DNA of 64,000 bases, taken from positions 287,742,001-287,806,000 of the forward strand of contig OZ024741.1 in the NCBI GenBank assembly GCA_964016885.1, written 5' to 3'. The notes beneath the pieces were generated by a model, which saw only the letters and a list, made by a program, of their open reading frames with translations, ran no database searches and had not been told where the DNA came from. The translations under genes and the position numbers were made by a program. Shown here one piece after another: positions 40,891-53,500 of the stretch (positions are counted from its first letter, which is position 1; the number at the start of each line of letters is the position of its first letter). Source of the DNA: Eledone cirrhosa (Eukaryota).

Positions 40891-41278
40891 ATATTAATAA
40901 AAGGAATTCCAACTTTGTCTGATTTACTCGTTTTATTTACAATCCTTTAAAATTTATAATGGTATTAGAATGAAATAGTATGGTAGAATATTAAATGTTA
41001 AGTGTTAATTGAACAAGTACTTTCATGCTTTCGCAATCTTCAGGTTCATAATGTGTGGTGACAGTCAAGTTTGCAATTTTCAACTGTGAAAATTGCAAAC
41101 TTGATTGTCACCACACATTATGAACCTGAAGATTGCGAAAGCATGAAAGTACTTGTTCAATTAACACTTAACATTTAATATTCTACCATACTATTTCATT
41201 CTAATACCATTATAAATTTTAAAGGATTGCAAATAAAACGAGTAAATCAGACAAAGTTTGAATTCCTTTTATTAATAT
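40891..41278. repeat. ~390-bp near-perfect palindrome with 4-nt loop (41083-41086)
   Basis: Arms 40891-41082 and 41087-41278, about 3 mismatches seen. Confidence 0.92.
41121..41159 (+). ncRNA. Minimal hammerhead ribozyme; mirror on - strand 41010-41048
   Basis: TGAAC-CTGAAGA-TTGC(GAAA)GCAT-GAAAGTACT-T-GTTCA; palindromic AGTACT stem III. Confidence 0.85.
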
Positions 41279-41332
41279 ATATATATATATACTGGATATA
41301 CTAATTCTTTATAATTATCTCCAAATTATTTA

Positions 41333-41652
41333 AAGGCAAAGTCAACCTCAGCGGGATTTGAACTCAGATCGTAAAGGGACGTAACTATGCTGGAAAGCAT
41401 GGCGTCCGACCCTCCACCGATACTGCCAATATATAATCTTCGCTTATCCAGACGGTCAAAACCAAACAGTTAGAAAAAGATCCGGTTAAGTGAAATATCT
41501 GGATTAGTGAATTCTAAAATCCCATTGTTACATAATGCTCGTGGTTTCTAATGTTTTAGTCAAAATAAAAGACGAAAGAAAGTTTATTAGAATAACAAAA
41601 GACAGCTAGAAATTATAAGAAAATTAATTAAACAAACATAAGAATAACTAAA

Positions 41653-41689
<37 letters not shown>

Positions 41690-41876
41690 TAATTGTTTCT
41701 ATTTTAGGCACAAGGCCAGCAAATACCCAGTGCATTACTGGTACTTTATTTTATCGACCCCGTAAGGATGAAAGGCAAAGTCAACCTCGGCGGGATTTGA
41801 ACTCAGATCGTAAAGGGACGTAACTATGCTGGAAAGCATGGCGTCGGGACCCTCCACTGATACTGCCAATCCACCG
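41333..41876 (-). mobile_element. SINE copies (41333-41430 partial, 41686-41876 full)
   Basis: A/B boxes and core. Confidence 0.8.
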
Positions 41877-42337
41877 TTATTATATTAATAATAATCGATT
41901 CGTTTGCAATTATGCAAACAGCCTCATTTTTAAAGCCATGTCAGTAGAATGAGTCCCTCATTCTTGCTCATGTGTTGGCATGTAAACATGTATATATATA
42001 TATACAATGGCGGACTGGCCAGGTTGTCTGGTTGCCCAATGGCAAGTGGGTCGCAGGAGGCCCACGGTAGCATTTCAGGAGCCCACAGTAGCAGTTAAGG
42101 GGCCAATGCTTAACTTTAAAAAAATACCTGAAGTCTAAGAGAAAGAATGAAATATTTTAAAAAATAAATAAAACAATTAAGCAAAACATTTGGTCAACCA
42201 ATTTCCCATGGAATTAATAGAAACCAAAATATATGATAATGCAAATAGCTGGAATCAGTGGTTGTACATTCTACTAAATCTAAAGCCTAGAGTATTCATT
42301 CATGCATCCAGACATACATATATAGACACACACAATA

Positions 42338-42389
<52 letters not shown>

Positions 42390-42438
42390 AAGAAATTTAA
42401 GTCAACAGGTTAAAATTAACTTCGTTTATTCATATTCG

Positions 42439-42495
42439 CTGCTATACATATTTCGGTGATAACCATTATTCAACAGCTATGACCTCATCAGGCAG
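42439..42495 (-). ncRNA. Hammerhead ribozyme
   Basis: CTGC-CTGATGA-GGTCATAGC..GTTATCACC-GAAATATGTAT-A-GCAG. Confidence 0.82.
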
Positions 42496-42703
42496 TTAGA
42501 ACTTGAACAGAAAAAACAGTAAAATTTAATGCTGGAAATAGATTTTACCTTGTTAATTCGTTGATATGTTCAGATTCGGAGTGTGGTGTTATTCATCCAA
42601 GGAACTGCAAACTGAAGTGTCGGTAAACAACCAATACATACTCAAAGTTAAATATATATTTATATATATATAGATATAGATATATATATATATATATATA
42701 TAT

Positions 42704-42754
<51 letters not shown>

Positions 42755-42791
42755 ATTAATAAATGGAAACTATATTTATAAAACCATATTT

Positions 42792-42854
42792 ATTTCATTA
42801 TATATATTTCAAGGATACCAAGTTAAATCATGGTATGCCTTCATCAGACAAAAT
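42792..42854 (-). ncRNA. Hammerhead ribozyme
   Basis: ATTTTGT-CTGATGA-AGGCATACCA..TGGTATCCTT-GAAATATATAT-A-ATGAAAT. Confidence 0.8.
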
Positions 42855-44646
42855 ACAATATATAACAGTTTTACAAATAGATATTGACGTACCCTTTCAA
42901 AAGGTGACCGTTGCTTTTGGAGGCCATCCGGATAGTGGTTTGTTTACTTTAGTAAGTCATAGTGTTAAGAGTAAGTAAAAAGATGGAGAGAGAGAGAAAC
43001 GTGGAGAAAAGAAAGGGAAAGATAGATAAAGAAAAAGAAGAAAGCAAAAAGAAAAGAGAACAGAGGAAAAATAACGGGGAGATATCAAAACATCAGACAG
43101 AGAAAGAACTCAAGAGAGAGATATGTAGAGATAGAGAGAGGGGGGAGAGAACGAAAACCTTAAGTTATGTCATATTAAGTTGAGTTAACAATTGAGATGA
43201 AATGAATAAATAAAATTAGAAATATTAATATTCATGAATGGAATATAGATATATAATATGAGAAATTACACATTTTTTAATTATGATTATATATTTAGTT
43301 TAAAAATTGAGATCAATATATTAAAAATTGGAATTTAAACATTATAAAATATATATATTGCTAGAGAGATTATCTATCGTATATCACATATACATAGGCA
43401 AAGGTACATAAATATATATATATACACACTCACTCAGAAAATACACACTATATCTACTCCCGCATATAATGTATACATACAAAGCATAAGTGATTTTTTA
43501 TTTATTGCTATACACTCCTTGTGTTATTTATTAAAAATGTTTAGTATATATATATAAATATATAGGATTAACTTTTCTGCATTTATGGCTGTTAAATTAT
43601 GCATATCTGCAATCAAAAGCTGCATGTGTAAGCCTGTACATTCACACCCATAATTCTTAGCTATACATGAATAGATATGTGTGTGCATCTTCAATTGGTA
43701 TACACGCGTCACTCATGCATATATACAGACAGACATATAATCACAAAAAAAACATATAACACATGTATATGTATGTCAACACACACATATAGATACATAA
43801 GCCGTACATAGACATAAGTATACATCAATATATAACGTAGTACAATTGAGTATATAAAATACAAAAGGAATTATATTTTGGAAATATAATTATATCAATA
43901 TAACTTAAAAGGCAAACGAATTCTACAAACATCAAAATACTAAAATATCCCAAAATATTATAGAATATTTTAAGTTAAAATAATATGTTTAATATATTTA
44001 GCATAGAAATTTATCTTACGTATATTTTAATCAAGACATTGAAAGGACAAACTTTTGAAAATTATGAGAAGCTATCAGAATAAAAAGTAAATCTAATAAA
44101 AAAATTATGAGAAGCTATCAGAATAAAAACAAATCTAATAAAAAATAAAAAATAAAATGAATCTAATAAAAAAATAAATAAAATGAATCTAATAAAAAAA
44201 ATAAAAATAAAATATTATAACTTAAAAAAACAAGGATTCTACAGATATCAATATCTTAAAAAATATAAAAAAAATTTTTTTTTTAAATTTAAAAAAAATT
44301 AAAAAATTAAAAAAAACAAAAAAGAAAAAATCTTTAAAAAACCTTTAAAAAAGTAAAAAATCTTTAAAAAATTTTTAAAATAAAAAATCTTAAATTTATT
44401 TTTTTATTTTTTTTTTTAAATTTAAAAAATTTTTTTTAAATGTTTAAATATAGAATATTTTAAGCTAAAATAATATGTTTAGTATAGAAATTTATCTTAC
44501 GTATATTTTCAAGATATTGAAAGGATAAACTTTTCTAGAATAATTTATTATATTTATAATTATATTTATGAAGAAAATTTATACTTGGGTACTTAACCAA
44601 AGAAAATGAAAAAGGTGAAGGAATCTAATGATTTATTTCCGGTTGG

Positions 44647-45042
44647 TTGGTTGGTTCCTGTATAGATAAGAAATGCATAATCTGTAAACTAAGCCCCCAT
44701 ATTAACTTCAAAACTAGAAACATAGTATATAGCATAAGATGTACTGAGGGACAATGTTTAGATAAGAATATAATGTACATAGGTGAGACAGCTCGTAGTA
44801 TAGGAGAACGATTAAATGAACACTGGCGAGAGCTTCAAGATAGAAAAGACTCATCAGCACTCCACCAACAGGCTAAAATAGAACATAAGGGCAAATTAGA
44901 GAACATAGAAATAAAAATAAAATCTACACACAGAAAAGACGCAATGTTTAGACAAATCACAGAGACAATAAACATAAATGAACTCCAACCAAAATTAAAT
45001 AGAAAATATGAATGGAATAGCAACAACACAACTTACAATTAA
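44647..45042 (+). CDS. GIY-YIG endonuclease domain (PLE-derived; open frame, no ATG start)
   Basis: CIICK..NIVYSIRC..C..MYIGETARSIGERLNEH..SALHQ..RQITETINI..PKLNRKYE. Confidence 0.7.
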   Translation: MVGSCIDKKCIICKLSPHINFKTRNIVYSIRCTEGQCLDKNIMYIGETARSIGERLNEHWRELQDRKDSSALHQQAKIEHKGKLENIEIKIKSTHRKDAMFRQITETININELQPKLNRKYEWNSNNTTYN

Positions 45043-45237
45043 GGACAAAATGAAAACACACACACATAGAACAAACAACCAACTAGTAACATGTAATTAA
45101 ACAAATAAATAAACAAATACAAACACACACAGACACCCGGATGTAACACATGCGCAAACTAAGCACACAACACACATAAAAACAAGATGGCGTAGGACAG
45201 AACAAAGGAGAGGCACAAAACAAAGAAAAGAATCCCC

Positions 45238-45282
45238 TGTCACTGACGAGGTCACAGAATGTGTGACGAAAGAACTTTGACA
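45238..45282 (+). ncRNA. Hammerhead ribozyme, intact core
   Basis: TGTCA-CTGACGA-G-GTCACA(GAATG)TGTGAC-GAAAGAACT-T-TGACA. Confidence 0.85.
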
Positions 45283-45411
45283 ATATATGAACAACCAACC
45301 AACCAACCGGAAATTTATAAAATATTTTAAATTTATAATTTAATTTATAATAAATTGGAGTGAAAGCAACTGGTGCGTGTGTTTCTTATTGGCAACATGA
45401 CCCTCCCAAAG

Positions 45412-45489
<78 letters not shown>

Positions 45490-47000
45490 AAAAACATGTA
45501 AACACCTATAATCTCATTTCTTAAATGATATGCATATATGTTCATAAATTCTAAATCTTTAAATTTAAATTTAATGTAATTCTAATTTTAATATCTTTTA
45601 CTTTTTAAATATATATAATTTACTTCTTAAATCTTTACTTTTTAATATTTTTACTTCTTAAATATCTCTTTTTTTTATCTTTATTTATCTTACTTCCAAA
45701 ATATCTCATAATCTTTTTAGAAAAATTATTTAAATTTTTTTTTTAAATTACTTATTTCCAAAAAACTATTTTTTGGGTCACCTTAATATTTTTAATATAT
45801 TTTTTAGTATTTTGCTAATATTTTTTAATATTTTTAAATATTTTTAAGTATTTTTAAATATTTCTTAATATTTTTTTATATTTTTGAGTAATTTTAGGTT
45901 TTTAATTATATTTCCTGAATAATTTTAGGTTTTTAATTAATTTTAAACACTTTTTAAATGTTTTTATAAGGTGTTTGAGTATCTTCGGAGTCTTTTTGAG
46001 ATCTTTTAAAAATCTCTTGGAAAGTTTTTCCAGGAATTTTCAAGAATTTTGTCTAGAATTGTTAATAGTCTTAATTTTTTAATTTTTTAATGGTTTTAGT
46101 ATTTTTTTATACTTTTAATTAATTTTTTTATTTTTTTTATTTTTTGTAATTATTTTATATTAGAGTTATAACCAATAACTAACTCTGGCTAAATATATAT
46201 TTAAACATATCTTTGTCAAAATTATCTCATAATAACTAATAAATAAACAAAACTGGGATTTTCAATATTTTTTCAATGTAAAACATTAAAACATATAAGT
46301 AATCTTATTGACTCAGTTAATTTAATTTAATTTAATTTAAATACTTAACCTAAATATAAACTAGTATCCCTCGTAATTTATCATCTATAACATGATATAC
46401 CCATCTATCCACTCATATATCTATCCTTATATCTATCCTTATATCTACATTTTATCCTATGCTTCTACTTCATATTTATTTAAATCTATTTTTAATATAT
46501 TTTAATATATTTTGATATATTTTAATATATCTTTATTTTTAATATATATTTATTTTTTCTATATATCTAATTTTCTATATACTTATAGTAGTAAATAAAT
46601 ATTTATTATAATAGAATTCTAACAATTATTAGTAAATATACGTAACATAAATATGTAACATAAACATAAGACTTATTTACGTTATATGAACTCATCCTCG
46701 GATAAGCTTCTTCGCTCTTTCTTCACTTTATTTCTTCACTCTACTTCTACATATACTAATATTTTCTTTTCTTTTCTTTTCTCGCTCTTCTTTTCTCTCT
46801 CTTCTTTTTTTTCTCTCTCTCTCCTCTTCCCACAGCGTAATTTAAATAAACGGTCGTTTTTTTCAATTTTTCGGACATTCATTTGCATATTCACACAGAA
46901 CTTTGAATTACCCTCAATAAAACTTTTCATTGTCCAGCGAATTTTCAACCGTCAAGGTTGTTTTCCACGGTTATGTCACTATTTATAAAACAAATTTTGT

Positions 47001-47063
47001 ATTTTATCTGATGAAAGTGCACCAAGATTGCCTTGGTTGCCCTTGAAATATATGTAATAAAAT
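47001..47063 (+). ncRNA. Hammerhead ribozyme
   Basis: ATTTTAT-CTGATGA-AAGTGCACCAAG(ATTGC)CTTGGTTGCCCTT-GAAATATATGT-A-ATAAAAT. Confidence 0.82.
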
Positions 47064-47904
47064 AATTATGGTTTTATAAATATATTTTCCATTTATTAAT
47101 ATATTGTATATATATATATATATATTAATTTCTCCCTCCGCCTCTTGAGATATTTCCACTTGCTACAAAAGAAACAGTCCTTTTTCTTGACCGATGTATC
47201 ACGTGTTAATTCCTCCCTCCGCCTATAGAGATTTTCTCACTTGCTGCAAATGCGTCAGGGAAACAGTCCTTTTCCCTGGAGTGTCTCTTGAAAAGCCGAT
47301 TTGCCTCACAACGATGATGAACTTTTATAATTCACAGAGGCACACGGATTGGCAAAACTGCAGTCGGGACTTTGAAGAAAGAATAGATATATTTTTGTCT
47401 ATTATTTCTTCATATTTTGTAATTTGTTATATATTTATACATATATGAGTGGAGGAGGGGTAACAGGATTATTTTCAATAAAACCATATCCATTTAAATA
47501 TATCACTATTGGATTTCTCTTGAAAAGGTGACTTTCATATCAGAAGTTTTTTTTTTTCCAAAACGCTTATAGCATTCCGTTGTCTAATGCCTTGAGCTAC
47601 AAATGTTAACTCAAAATGATTACTTGACTTTGTCATTTAATTGTGGAAACGCCATATAGTTAATTATGGCGTCTGATTTAATATGCATTTCATGCATATT
47701 AAATAATACAGGATTATGTGAAAATGAATACAGTTTATTATTTAATGATTTGAAACTATTATTAAACATATTTTTATCTTTTTTTCTTGAAATACATTAA
47801 TTCTTAAAAATCTTTATTTTTAATTTAATAGAAACTGGAATGTCGAGATATAAACCACTAATTGAAATAATGTGTAGAAGCCTGAGTGCCCGCACATCCA
47901 AATA

Positions 47905-48065
47905 TTGGTTTCTGATTTAGGCACATGGCCAGTGCATTACTGGTACTTTATTTTATCGATGCCGTAAGGATGAAATGCAAAGCTAACCTCGACAGGATGT
48001 AAAGGGCCAAAACTCTATGCCATAAAGCATGTTGTCCAACGTTCTACCGATATTGTCAATCCACC
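47905..48065 (-). mobile_element. Degenerate SINE
   Basis: ggtactttattttatcgatgccgtaaggatgaaatgcaaag core. Confidence 0.7.
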
Positions 48066-48859
48066 GTCGAACCGACCAAGGGTAGGTAATGACATTAAGA
48101 ATACTTCAAATGAATTCCAAATAAACTCAGATATCAACTTTTTTTTCCAAGGTCGAGAGAACATTTACCACTCCTTATAAATTTCTGTTAAACTTGTATC
48201 TTTCCGAGAGACTTTGCCATATTTAGTTCAGACATTCTGGAAACAGGCGTCCGAAGATGTCGATGGCAATGATCCTCGCTAAATTAACTTGCATGTGGCT
48301 GAGTACCCCAGAGCATTTGTACCCAATTCCAGTCAGCATGGGACAATATGTGACGAGGCAGAAACTTTGAATAACCTATACAATCCATCTAGCGGGCTTC
48401 ACCGTAGTTACCATCTACCTAATTTTACTCAAAAGGCTTAGGGTAACTCAAAATATTGTACAGTCACTTACATTAGACGCCTCGTAGTGGGATCAAACTT
48501 GAGTTTTCATGGTTGCGAAGCAAATTACTTAAACACTCGCCCACGCCTGAGATCACTCATATTAAAAAAAATTAGATTTTCTGTCATTATTTTCGATAAT
48601 AAATTATTACCTTTAATTTATTTTAAGGTTCGAAATATTTCACTATATGATTTATAATGTTATTGAAAACTTGGCATCTATTCCATATTGAGACTGAATA
48701 TTAAATATTGTATATTTTATTGAATTTATTCAGTTATCTCTTTGATTCTTATCGTTTTTGAAAAATTTCCAAATATACACACCTATATAGATATAAGTAT
48801 ACATTTGTATGGGAGTGTATACGCGTATGTATATATATATACATGCATGTATGTATGTA

Positions 48860-49197
48860 TGGTCCCGTAACTCCTGATAGAGTCGTAGGGGCGCCGTGTT
48901 GACATACAGCATTTCTTAGGCATTTTAAGCCTGGCGGAGCCCTTCTCCTCTCCAGGCCTGAGTACAGCTGATTTCTTTCAGAGAAAGATAGAAAGTGACA
49001 GAGAGGAACATGAGAAAGAGATGCAGAGGAAGAATCCACCCCAGTACTAGACTGCTACATTTTTTATCGAATCGACCTCGAAAGGATGAAATTCAAAGTT
49101 GACCTCGGCAGGATTTGAATCAGAAAGCAGCGAGCCGGAACGAATACCATAAAGCATTCTATCCGATGTTTTAACGACTCTGCAAATTAGCCGCCTA
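48860..49197 (-). mobile_element. SINE, second subfamily
   Basis: Homologous to 5900-6207. Confidence 0.7.
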
Positions 49198-49229
49198 TAT
49201 ATCTCTTGTGGCGCTAAACTCCGCCAGTT

Positions 49230-49450
49230 ACAGACTGCGCATTAACATGTGATATCTGGCTCCACAAAGTTCGATCACCAGCAGCAGAGTTCAAAGAGCA
49301 AAGATCAAGTCCATTCCATGAAGTGATATTGTCAAGCCATCGTTTTGGCTGCCGGCTTCTGCTTCTCTTACCAGCCAAATTACTTCCAGACATAACCTAC
49401 TCACACCACGAGTTGATCTTTTTATATGGTCGTATAGTGTGAGTACTCAT
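49230..49450 (-). pseudogene. Old RTE-like LINE 3' fragment
   Basis: Manual translation GKRSRSRQPKRWLDNITSWNGL. Confidence 0.55.
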
Positions 49451-49689
49451 GACTTGACAATTGAATATATTTAATAAGAAAACACAACGTACTGAGGCAA
49501 CCATTTAGTGGTAATTTTAACTGGGAAATGGTATTTGATATCTTCCACCCTAACTATCTCTCTCACACAGTTTTGACAAGATGTTCAGTGGTCATGTAGC
49601 AACTGTCTACAGCTACCTACTTACGCATGTATCTATATTATGAAAATAAATACATATACATATATATATGGGTGAGTGCGCGCGTGCGC

Positions 49690-49755
<66 letters not shown>

Positions 49756-49759
<4 letters not shown>

Positions 49760-50092
49760 GGTAAACAGAAATAACAACACAATCGGTACAGTATATGGAA
49801 GGGATATATTAGGTTAACGCTTGATATAGCAAGAAGAGGGTCTTAACGTTTCGGACGCTAGTCCTTCATCAGAAGAAAGAATGAGAAATAAGATAGATTG
49901 AGGGGACGGGTGGGATGGAATTGGAAAATATGCCTTTAGATAACAATTACAGGTCCATTAATGTAGACATCTCTTGCAAAACTGTTGGTGCTGGCGTTTT
50001 GTGTATGATTTATTTTTTAGAAAAGTGGATGATGGAGCGCGTCTACTTGAAATGGAAAAAAAAACGTTTTGTAAAAAGAGCTATACTTGAGC
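49756..50092 (-). mobile_element. ~340-bp hammerhead element with intact ribozyme at 49841-49876
   Basis: TCTT-CTGATGA-A-GGAC(TAGC)GTCC-GAAACGT-T-AAGA; 3' end abuts (CA)n. Confidence 0.82.
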
Positions 50093-50253
50093 ACGTGCGT
50101 AAGCATATGTTTGTGTGCGTATGTGTGTGTTATTATACGTCCGTACGAAGCTAAGAAGAAATGTGTGTGTATATGTGTGCATGTAAGTACGAAGATATGA
50201 GCAAAAGTACGTTAATATAAGGGTGTGTATCTGTGTATACAGAGCAGTGAAGG

Positions 50254-50363
<110 letters not shown>

Positions 50364-50469
50364 GTGTATGTATGTATGTATGTATGTATGTATATGTATA
50401 TATATGTATATATATGTATATGTATATATATAGCGAGATATCCAGATATCGACAAAGAGAGAAAAGGAG

Positions 50470-50574
<105 letters not shown>

Positions 50575-50753
50575 TATATATATAATATAATATATATATA
50601 TATATATATATTATATATAATATATATATTATATTATATATATATTTTTTTTCTCCACATCTTACGTTAACTATTTTCCCATTTTGACGCTATAGTCACT
50701 TATATATTATGGAATACTGTTGGCTTCTAGCTACAATACTTTCTATACCTTTC

Positions 50754-50835
<82 letters not shown>

Positions 50836-50916
50836 ATATATATATATTTTAATAAATATATATATATATATTATATATATTATATATATATATTTTAATA
50901 AATATATATATATTTA

Positions 50917-51001
<85 letters not shown>

Positions 51002-51364
51002 TCTTACTCTATCCATACCTGGATATCTCGCTAACTCAGAGAATTTCGTTGAATTGTTTGCTCACCATAATGGTTGGACAATAGGAAGTTAGTTTTCACA
51101 TGTAACATGATAACTTCCTCCTTCACTTTCGCTTCCTGCAGCTCCCCTTCCCCCCCCCCTCTCTTCCTTCTTCTCTGGAAAGAGAAAATTTCTATACTAG
51201 ACTATTAATGCTATCCATAGTGTTTTTCATTGTAACTTGTCTATGACTGTAAAACAGTCCGACCCACGTATCACCTCCTGCTTTGCCCTACTGCTCCTGT
51301 TTGGGAGATTTCAGATATAACGTAAAAGCTTCTTTTTTAAAAAAAATTGATGTATACACCAAAG

Positions 51365-51443
51365 GTTGATGATGGTGATGATGATGATGATGATGATGAT
51401 GTGATGGTGATGATGGTGATGATGATAGTGATGATGAAGATGG

Positions 51444-51499
<56 letters not shown>

Positions 51500-51626
51500 G
51501 TGGTGAGGATGATGATGGTGGGGAGAAGGAGGAGGAGGGTGGTGGTGGTGGTGATGATGATGATGGTGATAGTGATGATGGTAATGATGATAGTGATGAT
51601 GATGATGATGATGGTAATGATGATAG

Positions 51627-51685
<59 letters not shown>

Positions 51686-51776
51686 GTGAGGATGATGATG
51701 GTGGGGAGAAGGAGGAGGAAGGTGGTGGTGGTGGTGATGATGATGATGGTGATAGTGATGATGGTAATGATGAGAG

Positions 51777-51813
<37 letters not shown>

Positions 51814-51870
51814 AATGATGATGGTGATGGTGATGGTGTGGTGGTAGTGGTGATGATGATGATGATTGGA
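51365..51870. repeat. (GAT/GGT)n microsatellite with internal higher-order duplication
   Basis: Directly visible; ggtggggagaaggaggagga occurs twice. Confidence 0.95.
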
Positions 51871-52329
51871 AGAAGAAGAACAAGAACAAGAAGAACAAGA
51901 AGAAGAATTTCTTTTATACGACTCTCGTATTATCTTTATTTTGTTTTTACTTTTATTTTTTTATTTTAACTTGATTTTTTTATTTCTATTTTGTTATAAT
52001 GAAAGAAGAACCTTTTAATGTAGAACACCTACGGTAACTAAGTATTATCTGTGCATGTATGTGTGTGATGGGAGCTGTGATGGTGATGGCTGTTGCTGTT
52101 CTCGCTGTTCTTTTATTGAGTTTTTTTTCAATTTTGGATGAAACTAGATTAATTTACTCCTCCAGTTGTATTATTTTCTACTGCCTTTCTTTTTTCCTAT
52201 ATCTATACTTCTTGTGTCTCTCTATCTCTTACTCCTCTGCCGTTATCCCCTTTCATTTCTTCTTCTTAAACAAAAACAAACACTGTATCGTCCTGTACCG
52301 TCTTTAATGTTTCCTTAATGTGAGCATAG

Positions 52330-52700
52330 GAGTTTACGTTCTGAGTTAAAATCTCACCAGATTAACTTTGCCTTTCATCCTTACGGGGGTTGATAAAATA
52401 AAGTACCAGTAATGCACTGGGGTAATTGCTGGCATTGTGCCAAAAAGTAGAAACAATTATTATTATTAAAGGGCGGTGGATTGGAAGTATGGGTAGGGTG
52501 TCAGACATCATGCTTTGCGACATAAAGTTACTGCCCTTTATATTCTGAGTTTAAATCCCTCCGAGGTTAACTTTGCTTTCATCCTTACGGGGTCGATGAA
52601 ATAAAGCACCAGTAACGTACTGGGGTCGATTTAATCGACTTTCCCCTACCCTAAAATTGTTGGCTAATTGTGCCTAAATCAGAAACCATTATTATTATTG
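52330..52700 (+). mobile_element. Two tandem SINEs
   Basis: gggcggtggattgg head at 52470; two cores. Confidence 0.8.
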
Positions 52701-52712
52701 TTGTTGTTGTTG

Positions 52713-53222
52713 AAGGTTCTTTCAAACTAGTGGCAGTTTATGCCTGACAGAAACTGACATTTTGTGCCCCACGACCGGACTTGTTTAGACGACTAGAGAC
52801 TTTCCTGAGAAAATCTCGTTCATTAGTATTAGTAGGGGATTGGAATGGCATCTTGGATACAGGTAGGGATTATGAGGAGGTAACCACGGGACAGGTAGGG
52901 TGCAAAACCATTACAAACCTGTTCAGACACTTTCAACTTCTGACAGATTTCGTTTGGACAAATTGCAGCGAGTCATCTAGGGTGTATTTAGATAGAGTTT
53001 TCATTGGAGTAGCAGATAGAATTAGTGTGAGATGTCCACAGTTTCAAATATTAGGATATACAGACCAAATATTTGTGACCTGTACAAGCAGCTTAGAACA
53101 GACTAATAGATAGCGCCGTGGTTACCGGAAACTGCACGTATCTTTCACAGAGCGGAAATAATTTATAGACCGGATTAGTGAACTAGTCAAATTGACGTGG
53201 GCAATTATAAACAATAGGTGGG
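52713..53222 (+). pseudogene. Old Tx1-like APE fragment (continues at 58339-58500)
   Basis: FRRLETFLRKSRSLVLVGDWNGILD..YLDRV.. homologous to ORF 60071-63355. Confidence 0.8.
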
Positions 53223-53463
53223 GGGTTGTGGTTGTTGTTTGTGTGTGTATTTGTTACTGATACTTTCATCTTTGACAGACAGATAACTTTCTTTTTATTT
53301 GCCACCAGGGCATCAAAAGTGGGACAAGTACAAAGGGGGGAGTTTACATGCAAATGCGTCCTCAATATGGAGGAGGCAATTTGACAGTCAGATAGATGGA
53401 TGGGTAGATAGATGAGTAGATAGATAGATTGGTTGATGGGTAGATAGATAGGTAGCTTGATAA

Positions 53464-53498
<35 letters not shown>

Positions 53499-53500
53499 TA

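Larger units (their letters stand above)
44635..45314 (+). mobile_element. 680-bp PLE 3' module (GIY-YIG + hammerhead) bounded by 22-bp inverted repeats
   Basis: atttccggttggttggttggtt ... aaccaaccaaccaaccggaaat. Confidence 0.85.

Noticed and set aside
42004-42110. Possible DNA transposon ends (also 40480-40520 and 41430-41510)
   Set aside because: No matching second TIR or TSD was found.
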